This document shows positions 43,201-58,900 of a stretch of DNA of 64,000 nt, piece by piece. Both the position numbers and the translations under genes were made by a program. The notes beneath the pieces are model-generated. The model had not been told where the DNA came from. It ran no database searches and was given only the letters and a program-made list of their open reading frames with translations. How positions within the stretch are numbered: position 1 is the stretch's first letter; each line of letters opens with the position of its first letter. This DNA is from Eledone cirrhosa (Eukaryota): NCBI GenBank assembly GCA_964016885.1, contig OZ024742.1:369830001-369894000 (forward strand). The letters are read 5' to 3'.

Positions 43201-46200
43201 TCCTGTCTCACAATAGATAGGTCAAGACATCCACTGTACAACATCTTATTGTCTAGGTTGACATGGGTTAGACAGATACTGTCTCACAATAGATTGGTCA
43301 AGACATCCACTGTACAACATCTTATTGTCTAGGTTGACATGGGTTAGACAGATACTGTCTCACAATAGATTGGTCAAGACATCCACTGTACAACATCTTA
43401 TTGTCTAGGTTGACATGGGTTAGACAGATCCTGTCTCACAATAGACAGGTCAAGACATCCACTGTACAACATCTTATTGTCTATGTTGACATGGGTTAGA
43501 CAGATCCTGTCTCACAATAGACAGGTCAAGACATCCACTGTACAACATCTTATTGTCTAGCTTGACATGGGTTAGACAGATCCAGTCTCACAATAGATAG
43601 GTCAAGACATCCACTGTACAACATCTTATTGTCTAGGTTGACATGGGTTAGACAGATCGAGTCTCACAATAGATAGGTCAAGACATCCACTGTACAACAT
43701 CTTATTGTCTAGGTTGGCATGGGTTAGACAGATCCAGTCTCACAATAGATAGGTCAAGACATCCACTATACAACATCTTATTGTCTAGGTTGACATGGGT
43801 TAGACAGATCCTGTCTCACAATAGACAGGTCAATACATCCACTGTACAACATCTTATTGTCTATGTTGACATGGGTTAGACAGATCCTGTCTCACAATAG
43901 ACAGGTCAAGACATCCACTGTACAACATCTTATTGTCTAGGTTGACATGGGTTAGACAGATCCTGTCTCACAATAGACAGGACAAGACATCCACTGTACA
44001 ACATCTTATTGTCTGGGTTGACATGGGTTAGACAGGTCCTGTCTCACAATAGACAGGTCAAGACATCCACTGTACATCTTATTGTCTATGTTGACATGGG
44101 TTAGACAGATCCTGTCTCACAATAGACATGTCGAGACATCCACTGTGCAACATCTTATAGTCTAGGTTGACATGGGTTAGACAGATCCTGTCTCATAATA
44201 GACAGGTCAAGACATCCACTGTACAACATCTTATTGTCTAAGTTGGCATGGGTTAGACAGATCCTGTCTCACAATAGACAGGTCAAGACATCCACTGTAC
44301 AACATCTTATTGTCTGGGTTGACATGGGTTAGACAGATCCTGTCTCACAATAGACAGGTCAAGACATCCACTGTACATCTTATTGTCTATGTTGACATGG
44401 GTTAGACAGATCCTGTCTCACAATAGACATGTCGAGACATCCACTGTGCAACATCTTATAGTCTAGGTTGACATGGGTTAGACAGATCCTGTCTCATAAT
44501 AGACAGGTCAAGACATCCACTGTACAACATCTTATTGTCTAAGTTGGCATGGGTTAGACAGATCCTGTCTCACAATAGACAGGTCAAGACATCCACTGTA
44601 CAACATCTTATTGTCTAGGTTGACATGGGTTAGACAGATCCTGTCTCACAATAGACAGGTCAAGACATCCACTGTACAACATCTTATTGTCTAGGTTGAC
44701 ATGGGTTAGACAGATCCAGTCTCACAATAGATAGGTCAAGACATCCACTGTACAACATCTTATTGTCTAGGTTGACATGGGTTAGACAGATCGAGTCTCA
44801 CAATAGATAGGTCAAGACATCCACTGTACAACATCTTATTGTCTAGGTTGACATGGGTTAGACAGATCGAGTCTCACAATAGATAGGTCAAGACATCCAC
44901 TATACAACATCTTATTGTCTAGGTTGACATGGCTTAGACAGATCCTGTCTCACAATAGACAGGTCAAGACATACTGTACAACATCTTATTGTCTATGTTG
45001 ACATGGGTTAGACAGAACCTGTCTCACAATAGACAGGTCAAGACATCCACTGTACAACATCTTATTGTCTAGGTTGACATGGGTTAGACATATCCTGTCT
45101 CACAATAGACAGGTCAAGATATCCTCTGTACAACATCTTATTGTCTATGTTGACACGGGTTAGACAGATCCTGTCTCACAATACACAGGTCAAGACATCC
45201 ACTGTACAACATCTTATTGTCTAGGTTGACATGGGTTAGACAGATCCTGTCTCACAATAGACAGGTCAAGACATCCACTGTACAACATCTTATTGTCTAT
45301 GTTGACATGGGTTAGACAGATCCTGTCTCACAATAGACAGGTCAAGACATCCACTGCAACATCTTATTGTCTAGGTTGACATGGGTTAGACAGATCCTGT
45401 CTCACAATAGACAGGTCAAGACATCCACTGTACAACATCTTATTGTCTAGCTTGACATGGGTTAGACAGATCCAGTCTCACAATAGATAGGTCAAGACAT
45501 CCACTGTACAACATCTTATTGTCTAGGTTGACATGGGTTAGACAGATCGAGTCTCACAATAGATAGGTCAAGACATCCACTGTACAACATCTTATTGTCT
45601 AGGTTGGCATGGGTTAGACAGATCCAGTCTCACAATAGATAGGTCAAGACATCCACTATACAACATCTTATTGTCTAGGTTGACATGGGTTAGACAGATC
45701 CTGTCTCACAATAGACAGGTCAATACATCCACTGTACAACATCTTATTGTCTATGTTGACATGGGTTAGACAGATCCTGTCTCACAATAGACAGGTCAAG
45801 ACATCCACTGTACAACATCTTATTGTCTAGGTTGACATGGGTTAGACAGATCCTGTCTCACAATAGACAGGTCAAGACATCCACTGTACAACATCTTATT
45901 GTCTGGGTTGACATGGGTTAGACAGATCCTGTCTCACAATAGACAGGTCAAGACATCCACTGTACATCTTATTGTCTATGTTGACATGGGTTAGACAGAT
46001 CCTGTCTCACAATAGACATGTCGAGACATCCACTGTGCAACATCTTATAGTCTAGGTTGACATGGGTTAGACAGATCCTGTCTCACAATAGACAGGTCAA
46101 GACATCCACTGTACAACATCTTATTGTCTAGGTTGACATGGGTTAGACAGATCCTGTCTCATAATAGACAGGTCAAGACATCCACTGTACAACATCTTAT

Positions 46201-49200
46201 TGTCTAAGTTGGCATGGGTTAGACAGATCCTGTCTCACAATAGACAGGTCAAGACATCCACTGTACAACATCTTATTGTCTAGGTTGACATGGGTTAGAC
46301 AGATCCTGTCTCACAATAGACAGGTCAAGACATCCACTGTACAACATCTTATTGTCTAGGTTGACATGGGTTAGACAGATCCAGTCTCACAATAGATAGG
46401 TCAAGACATCCACTGTACAACATCTTATTGTCTAGGTTGACATGGGTTAGACAGATCCTGTCTCACAATAGACAGGTCAAGACATCCACTGTACAACATC
46501 TTATTGTCTAGGTTGACATGAGTTAGACAGATCCTGTCTCACAATAGATAGGTCAAGACATCCACTGTACAACATCTTATTGTCTAGGTTGGCATGGGTT
46601 AGACAGATACAGTCTCACAATAGATAGGTCAAGACATCCACTATACAACATCTTATTGTCTAGGTTGACATGGGTTAGACAGATCCTGTCTCACAATAGA
46701 CAGGTCAAGACATCCACTGTACAACATCTTATTGTCTATGTTGACATGGGTTAGACAGATCCTGTCTCACAATAGACAGGTCAAGACATCCACTGTACAA
46801 CATCTTATTGTCTAGGTTGACATGGGTTAGACAGATCCTGTCTCACAATAGACAGGTCAAGACATCCACTGTACAACATCTTATTGTCTATGTTGACATG
46901 GGTTAGACAGATCCTGTCTCACAATAGACAGGTCAAGACATCCACTGTACAACATCTTATTGTCTAGGTTGACATGGGTTAGACAGATCCTGTCTCACAA
47001 TAGACAGGTCAAGACATCCACTGTACAACGTCTTATTGTCTATGTTGACCTGGGTTAGACAGATCCTGACTCACAATAGACAGGTCAAGACATCCACTGT
47101 ACATCTTATTGTCTAGGTTGACATGGGTTAGACTGATCCTGTCTCACAATAGACAGGTCAAGACATCCACTGTACAACATCTTATTGTCTAGGTTGACAT
47201 GGGTTAGACAGATCCTGTCTCACAATAGACAGGTCAAGACATCCACTGTACAACATCTTATTGTCTAGGTTGACATGGGTTAGACAGATCCTGTCTCACA
47301 ATAGACAGGTCAAGACATCCACTGTACAACATCTTATTGTCTAGGTTGACATGGGTTAGACAGATCCTGTCTCAGTCAAGACATCCACTGTACAACATCT
47401 TATTGTCTATGTTGACTTGGGTTAGACAGATCCTGTCTCACAATAGATAGGTCAAGACATCCACTGTACAGCATCTTATTGTCTAGGTTGACATGGGTTA
47501 GACAGATCCTGTCTCACAATAGACAGGTCAAGTCAGCCACTGTACAACATCATATTGTCTAGGTTGACATGGGTTAGACAGATCCAGTCTCACAATAGAT
47601 AGGTCAAGACATCCACTGTAACACATCTTATTGTCTAGGTTGACATGGGTTAGACAGATCCATTCTCACAATAGATAGGTCAAGACATCCACTGTACAAC
47701 ATCTTATTGTCTAGGTTGGCATGGGTTAGACAGATCCAGTCTCACAATACACAGGTCAAGACATCCACTATACAACTTCTTATTGTCTAGGTTGACATGG
47801 GTTAGACAGATCCTGTCTCACAATAGACAGGTCAAGACATCCACTGTACAACATCTTATTGTCTATGTTGACATGGGTTAGACAGATCCTGTTTCACAAT
47901 AGACAGGTCAAGACATCCACTGTACAACATCTTATTGTCTATGTTGACATGGGTTAGACAGATCCTGTCTCACAATAGACAGGTCAAGACATCCACTGTA
48001 CAACATCTTATTGTCTAGGTTGACATGGGTTAGACAGATCCTGTCTCACAATAGACAGGTCAAGACATCCACTGTACAACATCTTATTGTCTATGTTGAC
48101 ATGGGTTAGACAGATCCTGTTTCACAATAGATAGGACAAGACATCCACTGTACAACATCTTATTGTCTAGGTTGACATGGGTTAGACAGATCCTGTCTCA
48201 CAATAGACAGGTCAAGACATCCACTGTACAACATCTTATAGCCTAGGTTGACATGGGTTAGACAGATCCTGTCTCACAATTGATAGGTCAAGACATCCAC
48301 TGTACAACATCTTATTGTCTAGGTTGACATGGGTTAGACAGATACTGTCTCACAATAGATTGGTCAAGACATCCACTGTACAACATCTTATTGTCTAGGT
48401 TGACATGGGTTAGACAGATCCTGTCTCACAATAGACAGGTCAAGACATCCACTGTACAACATCTTATTGTCTATGTTGACATGGGTTAGACAGATCCTGT
48501 CTCACAATAGACAGGTCAAGACATCCACTGTACAACATCTTATTGTCTAGCTTGACATGGGTTAGACAGATCCAGTCTCACAATAGATAGGTCAAGACAT
48601 CCACTGTACAACATCTTATTGTCTAGGTTGACATGGGTTAGACAGATCGAGTCTCACAATAGATAGGTCAAGACATCCACTGTACAACATCTTATTGTCT
48701 AGGTTGGCATGGGTTAGACAGATCCAGTCTCACAATAGATAGGTCAAGACATCCACTATACAACATCTTATTGTCTAGGTTGACATGGGTTAGACAGATC
48801 CTGTCTCACAATAGACAGGTCAATACTTCCACTGCACAACATCTTATTGTCTATGTTGACATGGGTTAGACAGATCCTGTCTCACAATAGACAGGTCAAG
48901 AGATCCACTGTACAACATCTTATTGTCTAGGTTGACATGGGTTAGACAGATCCTGTCTCACAATAGACAGGTCAAGACATCCACTGTACAACATCTTATT
49001 GTCTGGGTTGACATGGGTTAGACAGATCCTGTCTCACAATAGACAGGTCAAGACATCCACTGTACATCTTATTGTCTATGTTGACATGGGTTAGACAGAT
49101 CCTGTCTCACAATAGACATGTCGAGACATCCACTGTGCAACATCTTATAGTCTAGGTTGACATGGGTTAGACAGATCCTGTCTCATAATAGACAGGTCAA

Positions 49201-50420
49201 GACATCCACTGTACAACATCTTATTGTCTAAGTTGGCATGGGTTAGACAGATCCTGTCTCACAATAGACAGGTCAAGACATCCACTGTACAACATCTTAT
49301 TGTCTAGGTTGACATGGGTTAGACAGATCCTGTCTCACAATAGACAGGTCAAGACATCCACTGTACAACATCTTATTGTCTAGGTTGACATGGGTTAGAC
49401 AGATCCAGTCTCACAATAGATAGGTCAAGACATCCACTGTACAACATCTTATTGTCTAGGTTGACATGGGTTAGACAGATCCTGTCTCACAATAGACAGG
49501 TCAAGTCATCCACTGTACAACATCTTATTGTCTAGGTTGCCATGGGTTAGACAGATCCAGTCTCACAATAGATAGGTCAAGACATCCACTGTACAACATC
49601 TTATTGTCTAGGTTGACATGAGTTAGACAGATCCTGTCTCACAATAGATAGGTCAAGACATCCACTGTACAACATCTTATTGTCTAGGTTGGCATGGGTT
49701 AGACAGATACAGTCTCACAATAGATAGGTCAAGACATCCACTATACAACATCTTATTGTCTAGGTTGACATGGGTTAGACAGATCCTGTCTCACAATAGA
49801 CAGGTCAAGACATCCACTGTACAACATCTTATTGTCTATGTTGACATGGGTTAGACAGATCCTGTCTCACAATAGACAGGTCAAGACATCCACTGTACAA
49901 CATCTTATTGTCTAGGTTGACATGGGTTAGACAGATCCTGTCTCACAATAGACAGGTCAAGACATCCACTGTACAACGTCTTATTGTCTATGTTGACCTG
50001 GGTTAGACAGATCCTGTCTCACAATAGACAGGTCAAGACATCCACTGTACAACATCTTATTGTCTAGGTTGACATGGGTTAGACAGATCCTGTCTCACAA
50101 TAGACAGGACAAGACATCCACTGTACAACATCTTATTGTCTAGGTTGACATGGGTTAGACAGATCCTGTCTCACAATAGACAGGTCAAGACATCCACTGT
50201 ACAACATCTTATTGTCTAGGTTGACATGGGTTAGACAGATCCTGTCTCAGTCAAGACATCCACTGTACAACATCTTATTGTCTATGTTGACTTGGGTTAG
50301 ACAGATCCTGTCTCACAATAGATAGGTCAAGACATCCACTGTACAGCATCTTATTGTCTAGGTTGACATGGGTTAGACAGATCCTGTCTCACAATAGACA
50401 GGTCAAGTCAGCCACTGTAC
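37300..50420 (+). repeat. Domain of irregular 1.9-4.8 kb block duplications with its own marker set
   Basis: AGCTTGAC at about 38187, 40836, 43559, 45449, 48549, each followed by GTCAATAC. CATGTCGAG at about 41404, 44127, 44428, 46017, 49117. CTGTAACAC 42778/47616 (+4838=64x76-26). Confidence 0.8.
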
Positions 50421-53400
50421 AACATCATATTCTCTAGGTTGACATGGGTTAGACAGATCCATTCTCACAATAGATAGGTCAAGACATCCACTGTACAACA
50501 TCTTATTGTCTAGGTTGGCATGGGTTAGACAGATCCTGTCTCACAATAGACAGGTCAAGACATCCACTGTACAACATCTTATTGTCTAGGTTGACATGGG
50601 TTAGAGATACATTCTCACAATAGATAGGTCAAGACATCCACTGTACAACATCTTATTGTCTGGGTTGACATGGGTTAGACAGATCCTGTCTCACAATTGA
50701 CAGGTCAAGACATCCACTGTACAACATCTTATTGTCTGGGTTGACATGGGTTAGACAGATCCTGTCTCACAATAGACAGGTCAAGACATCCACTGTACAA
50801 CATATTATTGTCTAGGTTGACATGGGTTAGACAGATCCAGTCTCACAATAGATAGGTCAAGACATCCACTGTACAACATCTTATTGTCTAGGTTGACATG
50901 GGTTAGACAGATCCTGTCTCACAATAGACAGGTGAAGACATCCACTGTACAACATCTTATTGTCTAGGTTGACATGGGTTAGACAGATCCTGTCTCACAA
51001 TAGACAGGTCAAGACATCCACTGTACAACATCTTATTGTCTAGGTTGACATGGGTTAGAGATACATTCTCACAATAGATAGGTCAAGACATCCACTGTAC
51101 AACATCTCATTGTCTAGGTTGACATGGGTTAGACAGATCCAGTCTCACAATAGATAGGTCAAGACATCCACTGTACAACATCTTATTGTCTAGGTTGGCA
51201 TGGGTTAGACAGATCCAGTCTCACAATAGATAGGTCAAGACATCCACTATACAACATCTTATTGTCTAGGTTGACATGGGTTAGACAGATCCTGTCTCAC
51301 AATAGACAGGTCAAGACGTCCACTGTACAACATCTTATTGTCTATGTTGACATGGGTTAGACAGATCCTGTCTCACAATAGACTGGTCAAGACATCCACT
51401 GTACAACATCTTATTGTCTAGGTTGACATGGGTTAGACAGATCCTGTCTCACAATAGACAGGTCAAAACATCCACTGTACAACATCTTATTGTCTAGGTT
51501 GACATGGGTTAGACAGATCCAGTCTCACAATAGATAGGTCAAGACATCCACTGTACAACATCTTATTGTCTAGGTTGACATGGGTTAGACAGATCGAGTC
51601 TCACAATAGATAGGTCAAGACATCCACTGTACAACATCTTATTGTCTAGGTTGACATGGGTTAGACAGATCCTGTCTAACAATAGACAGGTCAAGACATC
51701 CACTGTACAACATCTTATTGTCTAGGTTGACATGGGTTAGACAGATAGTCTCACAATAGATAGGTCAAGACATCCACTGTACAACATCTTATTGTCTAGG
51801 TTGACATGGGTTAGACAGATCCTGTCTCACAATAGACAGGTCAAGACATCCACTGTACAACATCTCATTGTCTAGGTTGACATGGGTTAGACAGATCCAG
51901 TCTCACAATAGATAGGTCAAGACATCCACTGTACAACATCTTATTGTCTAGGTTGGCATGGGTTAGACAGATCCAGTCTCACAATAGATAGGTCAAGACA
52001 TCCACTATACAATATCTTATTGTCTAGGTTGACATGGGTTAGACAGATCCTGTCTCACAATAGACAGGTCAAGACATCCACTGTACAACATCTTATTGTC
52101 TATTTTGACATGGGTTAGACAGATCCTGTCTCACAATAGACAGGTCAAGACATCCACTGTACAACATCTTATTGTCTATGTTGACATGGGTTAGACAGAT
52201 CCTGTCTCACAATAGACAGGTCAAGACATCCACTGTACAACATCTTATTGTCTAAGTTGACATTGGTTAGACAGATCCAGTCTCACAATAGACAGGTCAA
52301 GACATCCACTGTACAACATCTTATTGTCTAGGTTGACATGGGTTAGACAGATCGAGTCTCACAGTAGATAGGTCAAGACATCCACTGTACAACATCTTAT
52401 TGTCTAGGTTGACATGGGTTAGACAGATCCTGTCTCACAATAGACAGGTCAAGACATCCACTGTACAACATCTTATTGTCTATGTTGACATGGGTTAGAC
52501 AGATCCTGTCTCACAATAGACAGGTCAAGACATCCACTGTACAACATCTTATTGTCTAGGTTGACATGGGTTAGACAGATCCTGTCTCACAATAGACAGG
52601 TCAAGACATCCAACATCTTATTGTCTAGGTTGACATGGGTTAGACAGATCCTCTCTCACAATAGACAGGTCAAGACATCCACTGTACAACATCTTATTGT
52701 CTAGGTTGACATGGGTTAGACTTATCCTGTCTCACAATAGACAGGTCAAGTTATCCACTGTACAACATCTTATTGTCTAGGTTGACATGGGTTAGACAGA
52801 TCCAGTCTCACAATAGATAGGTCAAGACATCCACTGTACAACATCTAATTGTCTAGGTTGACATGGGTTAGACAGATCCTGTCTCACAATAGACAGGTCA
52901 AGTTATCCACTGTACAACATCTTATTGTCTAGGTTGACATGGGTTAGACAGATCCAGTCTCACAATAGATAGGTCAAGACATCCACTGTACAACATCTTA
53001 TTGTCTAGGTTGACATGGGTTAGACAGATCCAGTCTCACAATAGATAGGTCAAGACATCCACTGAACAACATCTTATTGTCTAGGTTGACATGGGTTAGA
53101 CAGATCCATTCTCACAATAGATAGGTCAAGACATCCACTGTACAACATCTTATTGTCTAGGTTGGCATGGGTTAGACAGATCCAGTCTCACAATAGATAG
53201 GTCAAGACATCCACTATACAACATCTTATTGTCTATGTTGACATGGGTTAGACAGATCCTGTCTCACAATAGACAGGTCAAGACATCTACTGTACAACAA
53301 CTTATTGTCTATGTTGACATGGGTTAGACAGATCCTGTCTCACAATAGACAGGTCAAGACATCCACTGTACAACATCTTATTGTCTATGTTGACACGGGT

Positions 53401-55929
53401 TAGAGAGATCCTGTCTCACAATACACAGGTCAAGACATCCACTGTACAACATCTTATTGTCTAGGTTGACATGGGTTAGACAGATCCTGTCTCACAATAG
53501 ACAGGTCAGGACATCCACTGTACAACATCTTATTGTCTATGTTGACATGGGTTAGACAGATCCTGTCTCACAATAGACAGGTCAAGACATCCACTGTACA
53601 ACATCTTATTGTCTAAGTTGACATTGGTTAGACAGATCCAGTCTCACAATAGACAGGTCAAGACATCCACTGTACAACATCTTATTGTCTAGGTTGACAT
53701 GGGTTAGACAGATCGAGTCTCACAGTAGATAGGTCAAGACATCCACTGTACAACATCTTATTGTCTAGGTTGACATGGGTTAGACAGATCGAGTCTCACA
53801 ATAGACAGGTCAAGACATCCACTGTACAACATCTTATTGTCTAGGTTGACATGGGTTAGGCAGATCCTGTCTCACAATAGACAGGTCAAGACATCCAACA
53901 TCTTATTGTCTAGGTTGACATGGGTTAGACAGATCCTCTCTCACAATAGACAGGTCAAGACATCCACTGTACAACATCTTATTGTCTAGGTTGACATGGG
54001 TTTGACAGATCCAGTCTCACAATAGATAGGTCAAGACATCCACTGTACAACATCTAATTGTCTAGGTTGACATGGGTTAGACAGATCCTGTCTCACAATA
54101 GACAGGTCAAGTTATCCACTGTACAACATCTTATTGTCTAGGTTGACATGGGTTAGACAGATCCAGTCTCACAATAGATAGGTCAAGACATCCACTGTAC
54201 AACATCTTATTGTCTAGGTTGACATGGGTTAGACAGATCCAGTCTCACAATAGATAGGTCAAGACATCCACTGTACAACATCTTATTGTCTAGGTTGACA
54301 TGGGTTAGACAGATCCATTCTCACAATAGATAGGTCAAGACATCCACTGTACAACATCTTATTGTCTAGGTTGGCATGGGTTAGACAGATCCAGTCTCAC
54401 AATAGATAGGTCAAGACATCCACTATACAACATCTTATTGTCTATGTTGACATGGGTTAGACAGCTCCTGTCTCACAATAGACAGGTCAAGACATCTACT
54501 GTACAACATCTTATTGTCTATGTTGACATGGGTTAGACTGATCCTGTCTCACAATAGACAGGTCAAGACATCCACTGTACAACATCTTATTGTCTAGGTT
54601 GACATGGGTTAGACAGATCCTGTCTCACAATAGACAGGTCAGGACATCCACTGTACAACATCTTATTGTCTATGTTGACATGGGTTAGACAGATCCTGTC
54701 TCACAATAGATAGGTCAAGACATCCACTGTACAACATCTTATTGTCTAGGTTGACATGGGTTAGACAGATCCTGTCTCACAATAGACAGGTCAAGTCATC
54801 CACTGTACAACATCTTATTGTCTAGGTTGACCTGGGTTAGACAGATCCTGTCTCACAATAGACAGGTCAAGACATCCACTGTACAACATCTTATTGTGTA
54901 GGTTGACATGGGTTAGACAGATCCATTCTCACAATAGATAGGTCAAGACATCCACTGTACAACATCTCATTGTGTAGGTTGACATGGGTTAGACAGATCC
55001 AGTCTCACAATAGATAGGTCAAGACATCCACTGTACAACATCTTATTGTGTAGGTTGACATGGGTTAGACAGATCCAGTCTCACAATAGATAGGTCAAGA
55101 CATCCACTATACAACATCTTATTGTCTAGGTTGACATGGGTTAGACAGATCCTGTCTCAAAATAGACAGGTCAAGACATCCACTGTACAACATCTTATTG
55201 TCTATGTTGACATGGGTTAGACAGATCCTGTCTCACAATAGACAGGTCAAGACATCCACTGTACAACATCTTATTGTCTATGTTGACATGGGTTAGACAG
55301 ATCCTGTCTCACAATAGACAGGTCAAGACATCCACTGTACAACATCTTATTGTCTAGGTTGACATGGGTTAGACAGATCCAGTCTCACAATAGATAGGTC
55401 AAGACATCCACTGTACAACATCTTATTGTCTAGGTTGACATGGGTTAGACAGATCGAGTCTCACAATAGATAGGTCAAGACATCCACTGTACAACATCTT
55501 ATTGTCTAGGTTGGCATGGGTTAGACAGATCGAGTCTCACAATAGATAGGTCAAGACATCCACTGTACAACATCTTATTGTCTAGGTTGGCATGGGTTAG
55601 ACAGATCCAGTCTCACAATAGATAGGTCAAGACATCCACTGTACAACATCTTATTGTCTAGGTTGGCATGGGTTAGACAGATCCTGTCTCACAATAGACA
55701 GGTCAAGACATCCACTGTACAACATCTTATTGTCTATGTTGACATGGGTTAGACAGATCCTGTCTCACAATAGATAGGTCAAGACATCCACTGTACAACA
55801 TCTTATTGTCTAGGTTGGCATGGGTTAGACAGATCCTGTCCCACAATAGACAGGTCAAGACATCCACTGTACAACATCTTATTGTCTGGGTTGACATGGG
55901 TTAGACAGATCCTGTCTCACAATAGACAG

Positions 55930-58900
55930 GTCAAGACATCCACTGTACATCTTATTGTCTATGTTGACATGGGTTAGACAGATCCTGTCTCACAATAGAC
56001 ATGTCAAGACATCCACTGTGCAACATCTTATAGTCTAGGTTGACATGGGTTAGACAGATCCAGGCTCACAATAGATAGGTCAAGACATCCACTGTACATC
56101 TTATTGTCTAGGTTGGCATGGGTTAGACAGATCCTGTCTCACAATAGACAGGTCAAGACATCCACTGTACAACATCTTATTGTCTAGGTTGACATGGGTT
56201 AGACAGATCCTGTCTCAAAATAGACAGGTCAAGACATCCACTGTACAACATCTTATTGTCTATGTTGACATGGGTTAGACAGATCCTGTCTCACAATAGA
56301 TAGGTCAAGACATTCACTGTACAACATCTTATTGTCTAAGTTGGCATGGGTTAGACAGATCCTGTCTCACAATAGATAGGTCAAGACATCCACTGTACAA
56401 CATCTTATTGTCTAAGTTGGCATGGGTTAGACAGATCCTGTCTCACAATAGATAGGTCAAGACATTCACTGTACAACATCTTATTGTCTAGGTTGACATG
56501 GGTTAGACAGATCCTGTCTCACAATAGACAGGTCAAGACATCCACTGTACAACATCTTATTGTCTAGGTTGACATGGGTTAGACAGATCCAGTCTCACAA
56601 TAGATAGGTCAAGACATCCACTGTACAACATCTAATTGTCTAGGTTGACATGGGTTAGACAGATCCTGTCTCACAATAGACAGGTCAAGTTATCCACTGT
56701 ACAACATCTTATTGTCTAGGTTGACATGGGTTAGACAGATCCAGTCTCACAATAGATAGGTCAAGACATCCACTGTACAACATCTTATTGTCTAGGTTGA
56801 CATGGGTTAGACAGATCCAGTCTCACAATAGATAGGTCAAGACATCCAATGTACAACATCTTATTGTCTAAGTTGACATTGGTTAGACAGACCTTGTCTC
56901 ACAATAGACAGGTCAAGACATCCACTGTACAACATCTTATTGTCTGGGTTGACATGGGTTAGACAGATCCTGTCTCACAATAGACAGGTCAAGACATCCA
57001 CTGTACAACATCTTATTGTCTGGGTTGACATGGGTTAGACAGATAGTCTCACAATAGATAGGTCAAGACATCCACTGTACAACATCTTATTGTCTAGGTT
57101 GACATGGGTTAGACAGATCCAGTCTCACAATAGATAGGTCAAGACATCCACTGTACAACATCTAATTGTCTAGGTTGACATGGGTTAGACAGATCCTGTC
57201 TCACAATAGACAGGTCAAGACATCCACTGTACAACATCTTATTGTCTAGGTTGGCATGAGTTAGACAGATAGTCTCACAATAGATAGGTCAAGACATCCA
57301 CTATACAACATCTTATTGTCTAGGTTGACATGGGTTAGACAGATCCTGTCTCACAATAGACAGGTCAAGACATCCACTGTACAACATCTTATTGTCTAAG
57401 TTGGCATGGGTTAGACAGAACCTGACTCACAATAGATAGGTCAAGACATCCACTGTACAACATCTTATTGTCTAAGTTGACGTTGGTTAGACAGACCTTG
57501 TCTCACAATAGACAGGTCAAGACATCCACTGTACAACATCTTATTGTCTGGGTTGACATGGGTTAGACAGATCCTGTCTCACAATAGACAGGTCAAGACA
57601 TCCACTGTACAACATCTTATTGTCTATGTTGACATGGGTTAGACAGATCCTGTCTCACAATAGACATGTCAAGACATCCACTGTGCAACATCTTATAGTC
57701 TAGGTTGACATGGGTTAGACAGATCCAGGCTCACAATAGATAGGTCAAGACATCCACTGTACATCTTATTGTCTAGGTTGGCATGGGTTAGACAGATCCT
57801 GTCTCACAATAGACAGGTCAAGACATCCACTGTACAACATCTTATTGTCTAGGTTGACATGGGTTAGACAGATCCTGTCTCAAAATAGACAGGTCAAGAC
57901 ATCCACTGTACAACATCTTATTGTCTATGTTGACATGGGTTAGACAGATCCTGTCTCACAATAGATAGGTCAAGACATTCACTGTACAACATCTTATTGT
58001 CTAAGTTGGCATGGGTTAGACAGATCCTGTCTCACAATAGATAGGTCAAGACATCCACTGTACAACATCTTATTGTCTAAGTTGGCATGGGTTAGACAGA
58101 TCCTGTCTCACAATAGATAGGTCAAGACATTCACTGTACAACATCTTATTGTCTAGGTTGACATGGGTTAGACAGATCCTGTCTCACAATAGACAGGTCA
58201 AGACATCCACTGTACAACATCTTATTGTCTAGGTTGACATGGGTTAGACAGATCCAGTCTCACAATAGATAGGTCAAGACATCCACTGTACAACATCTAA
58301 TTGTCTAGGTTGACATGGGTTAGACAGATCCTGTCTCACAATAGACAGGTCAAGTTATCCACTGTACAACATCTTATTGTCTAGGTTGACATGGGTTAGA
58401 CAGATCCAGTCTCACAATAGATAGGTCAAGACATCCACTGTACAACATCTTATTGTCTAGGTTGACATGGGTTAGACAGATCCAGTCTCACAATAGATAG
58501 GTCAAGACATCCAATGTACAACATCTTATTGTCTAAGTTGACATTGGTTAGACAGACCTTGTCTCACAATAGACAGGTCAAGACATCCACTGTACAACAT
58601 CTTATTGTCTGGGTTGACATGGGTTAGACAGATCCTGTCTCACAATAGACAGGTCAAGACATCCACTGTACAACATCTTATTGTCTGGGTTGACATGGGT
58701 TAGACAGATAGTCTCACAATAGATAGGTCAAGACATCCACTGTACAACATCTTATTGTCTAGGTTGACATGGGTTAGACAGATCCAGTCTCACAATAGAT
58801 AGGTCAAGACATCCACTGTACAACATCTAATTGTCTAGGTTGACATGGGTTAGACAGATCCTGTCTCACAATAGACAGGTCAAGACATCCACTGTACAAC

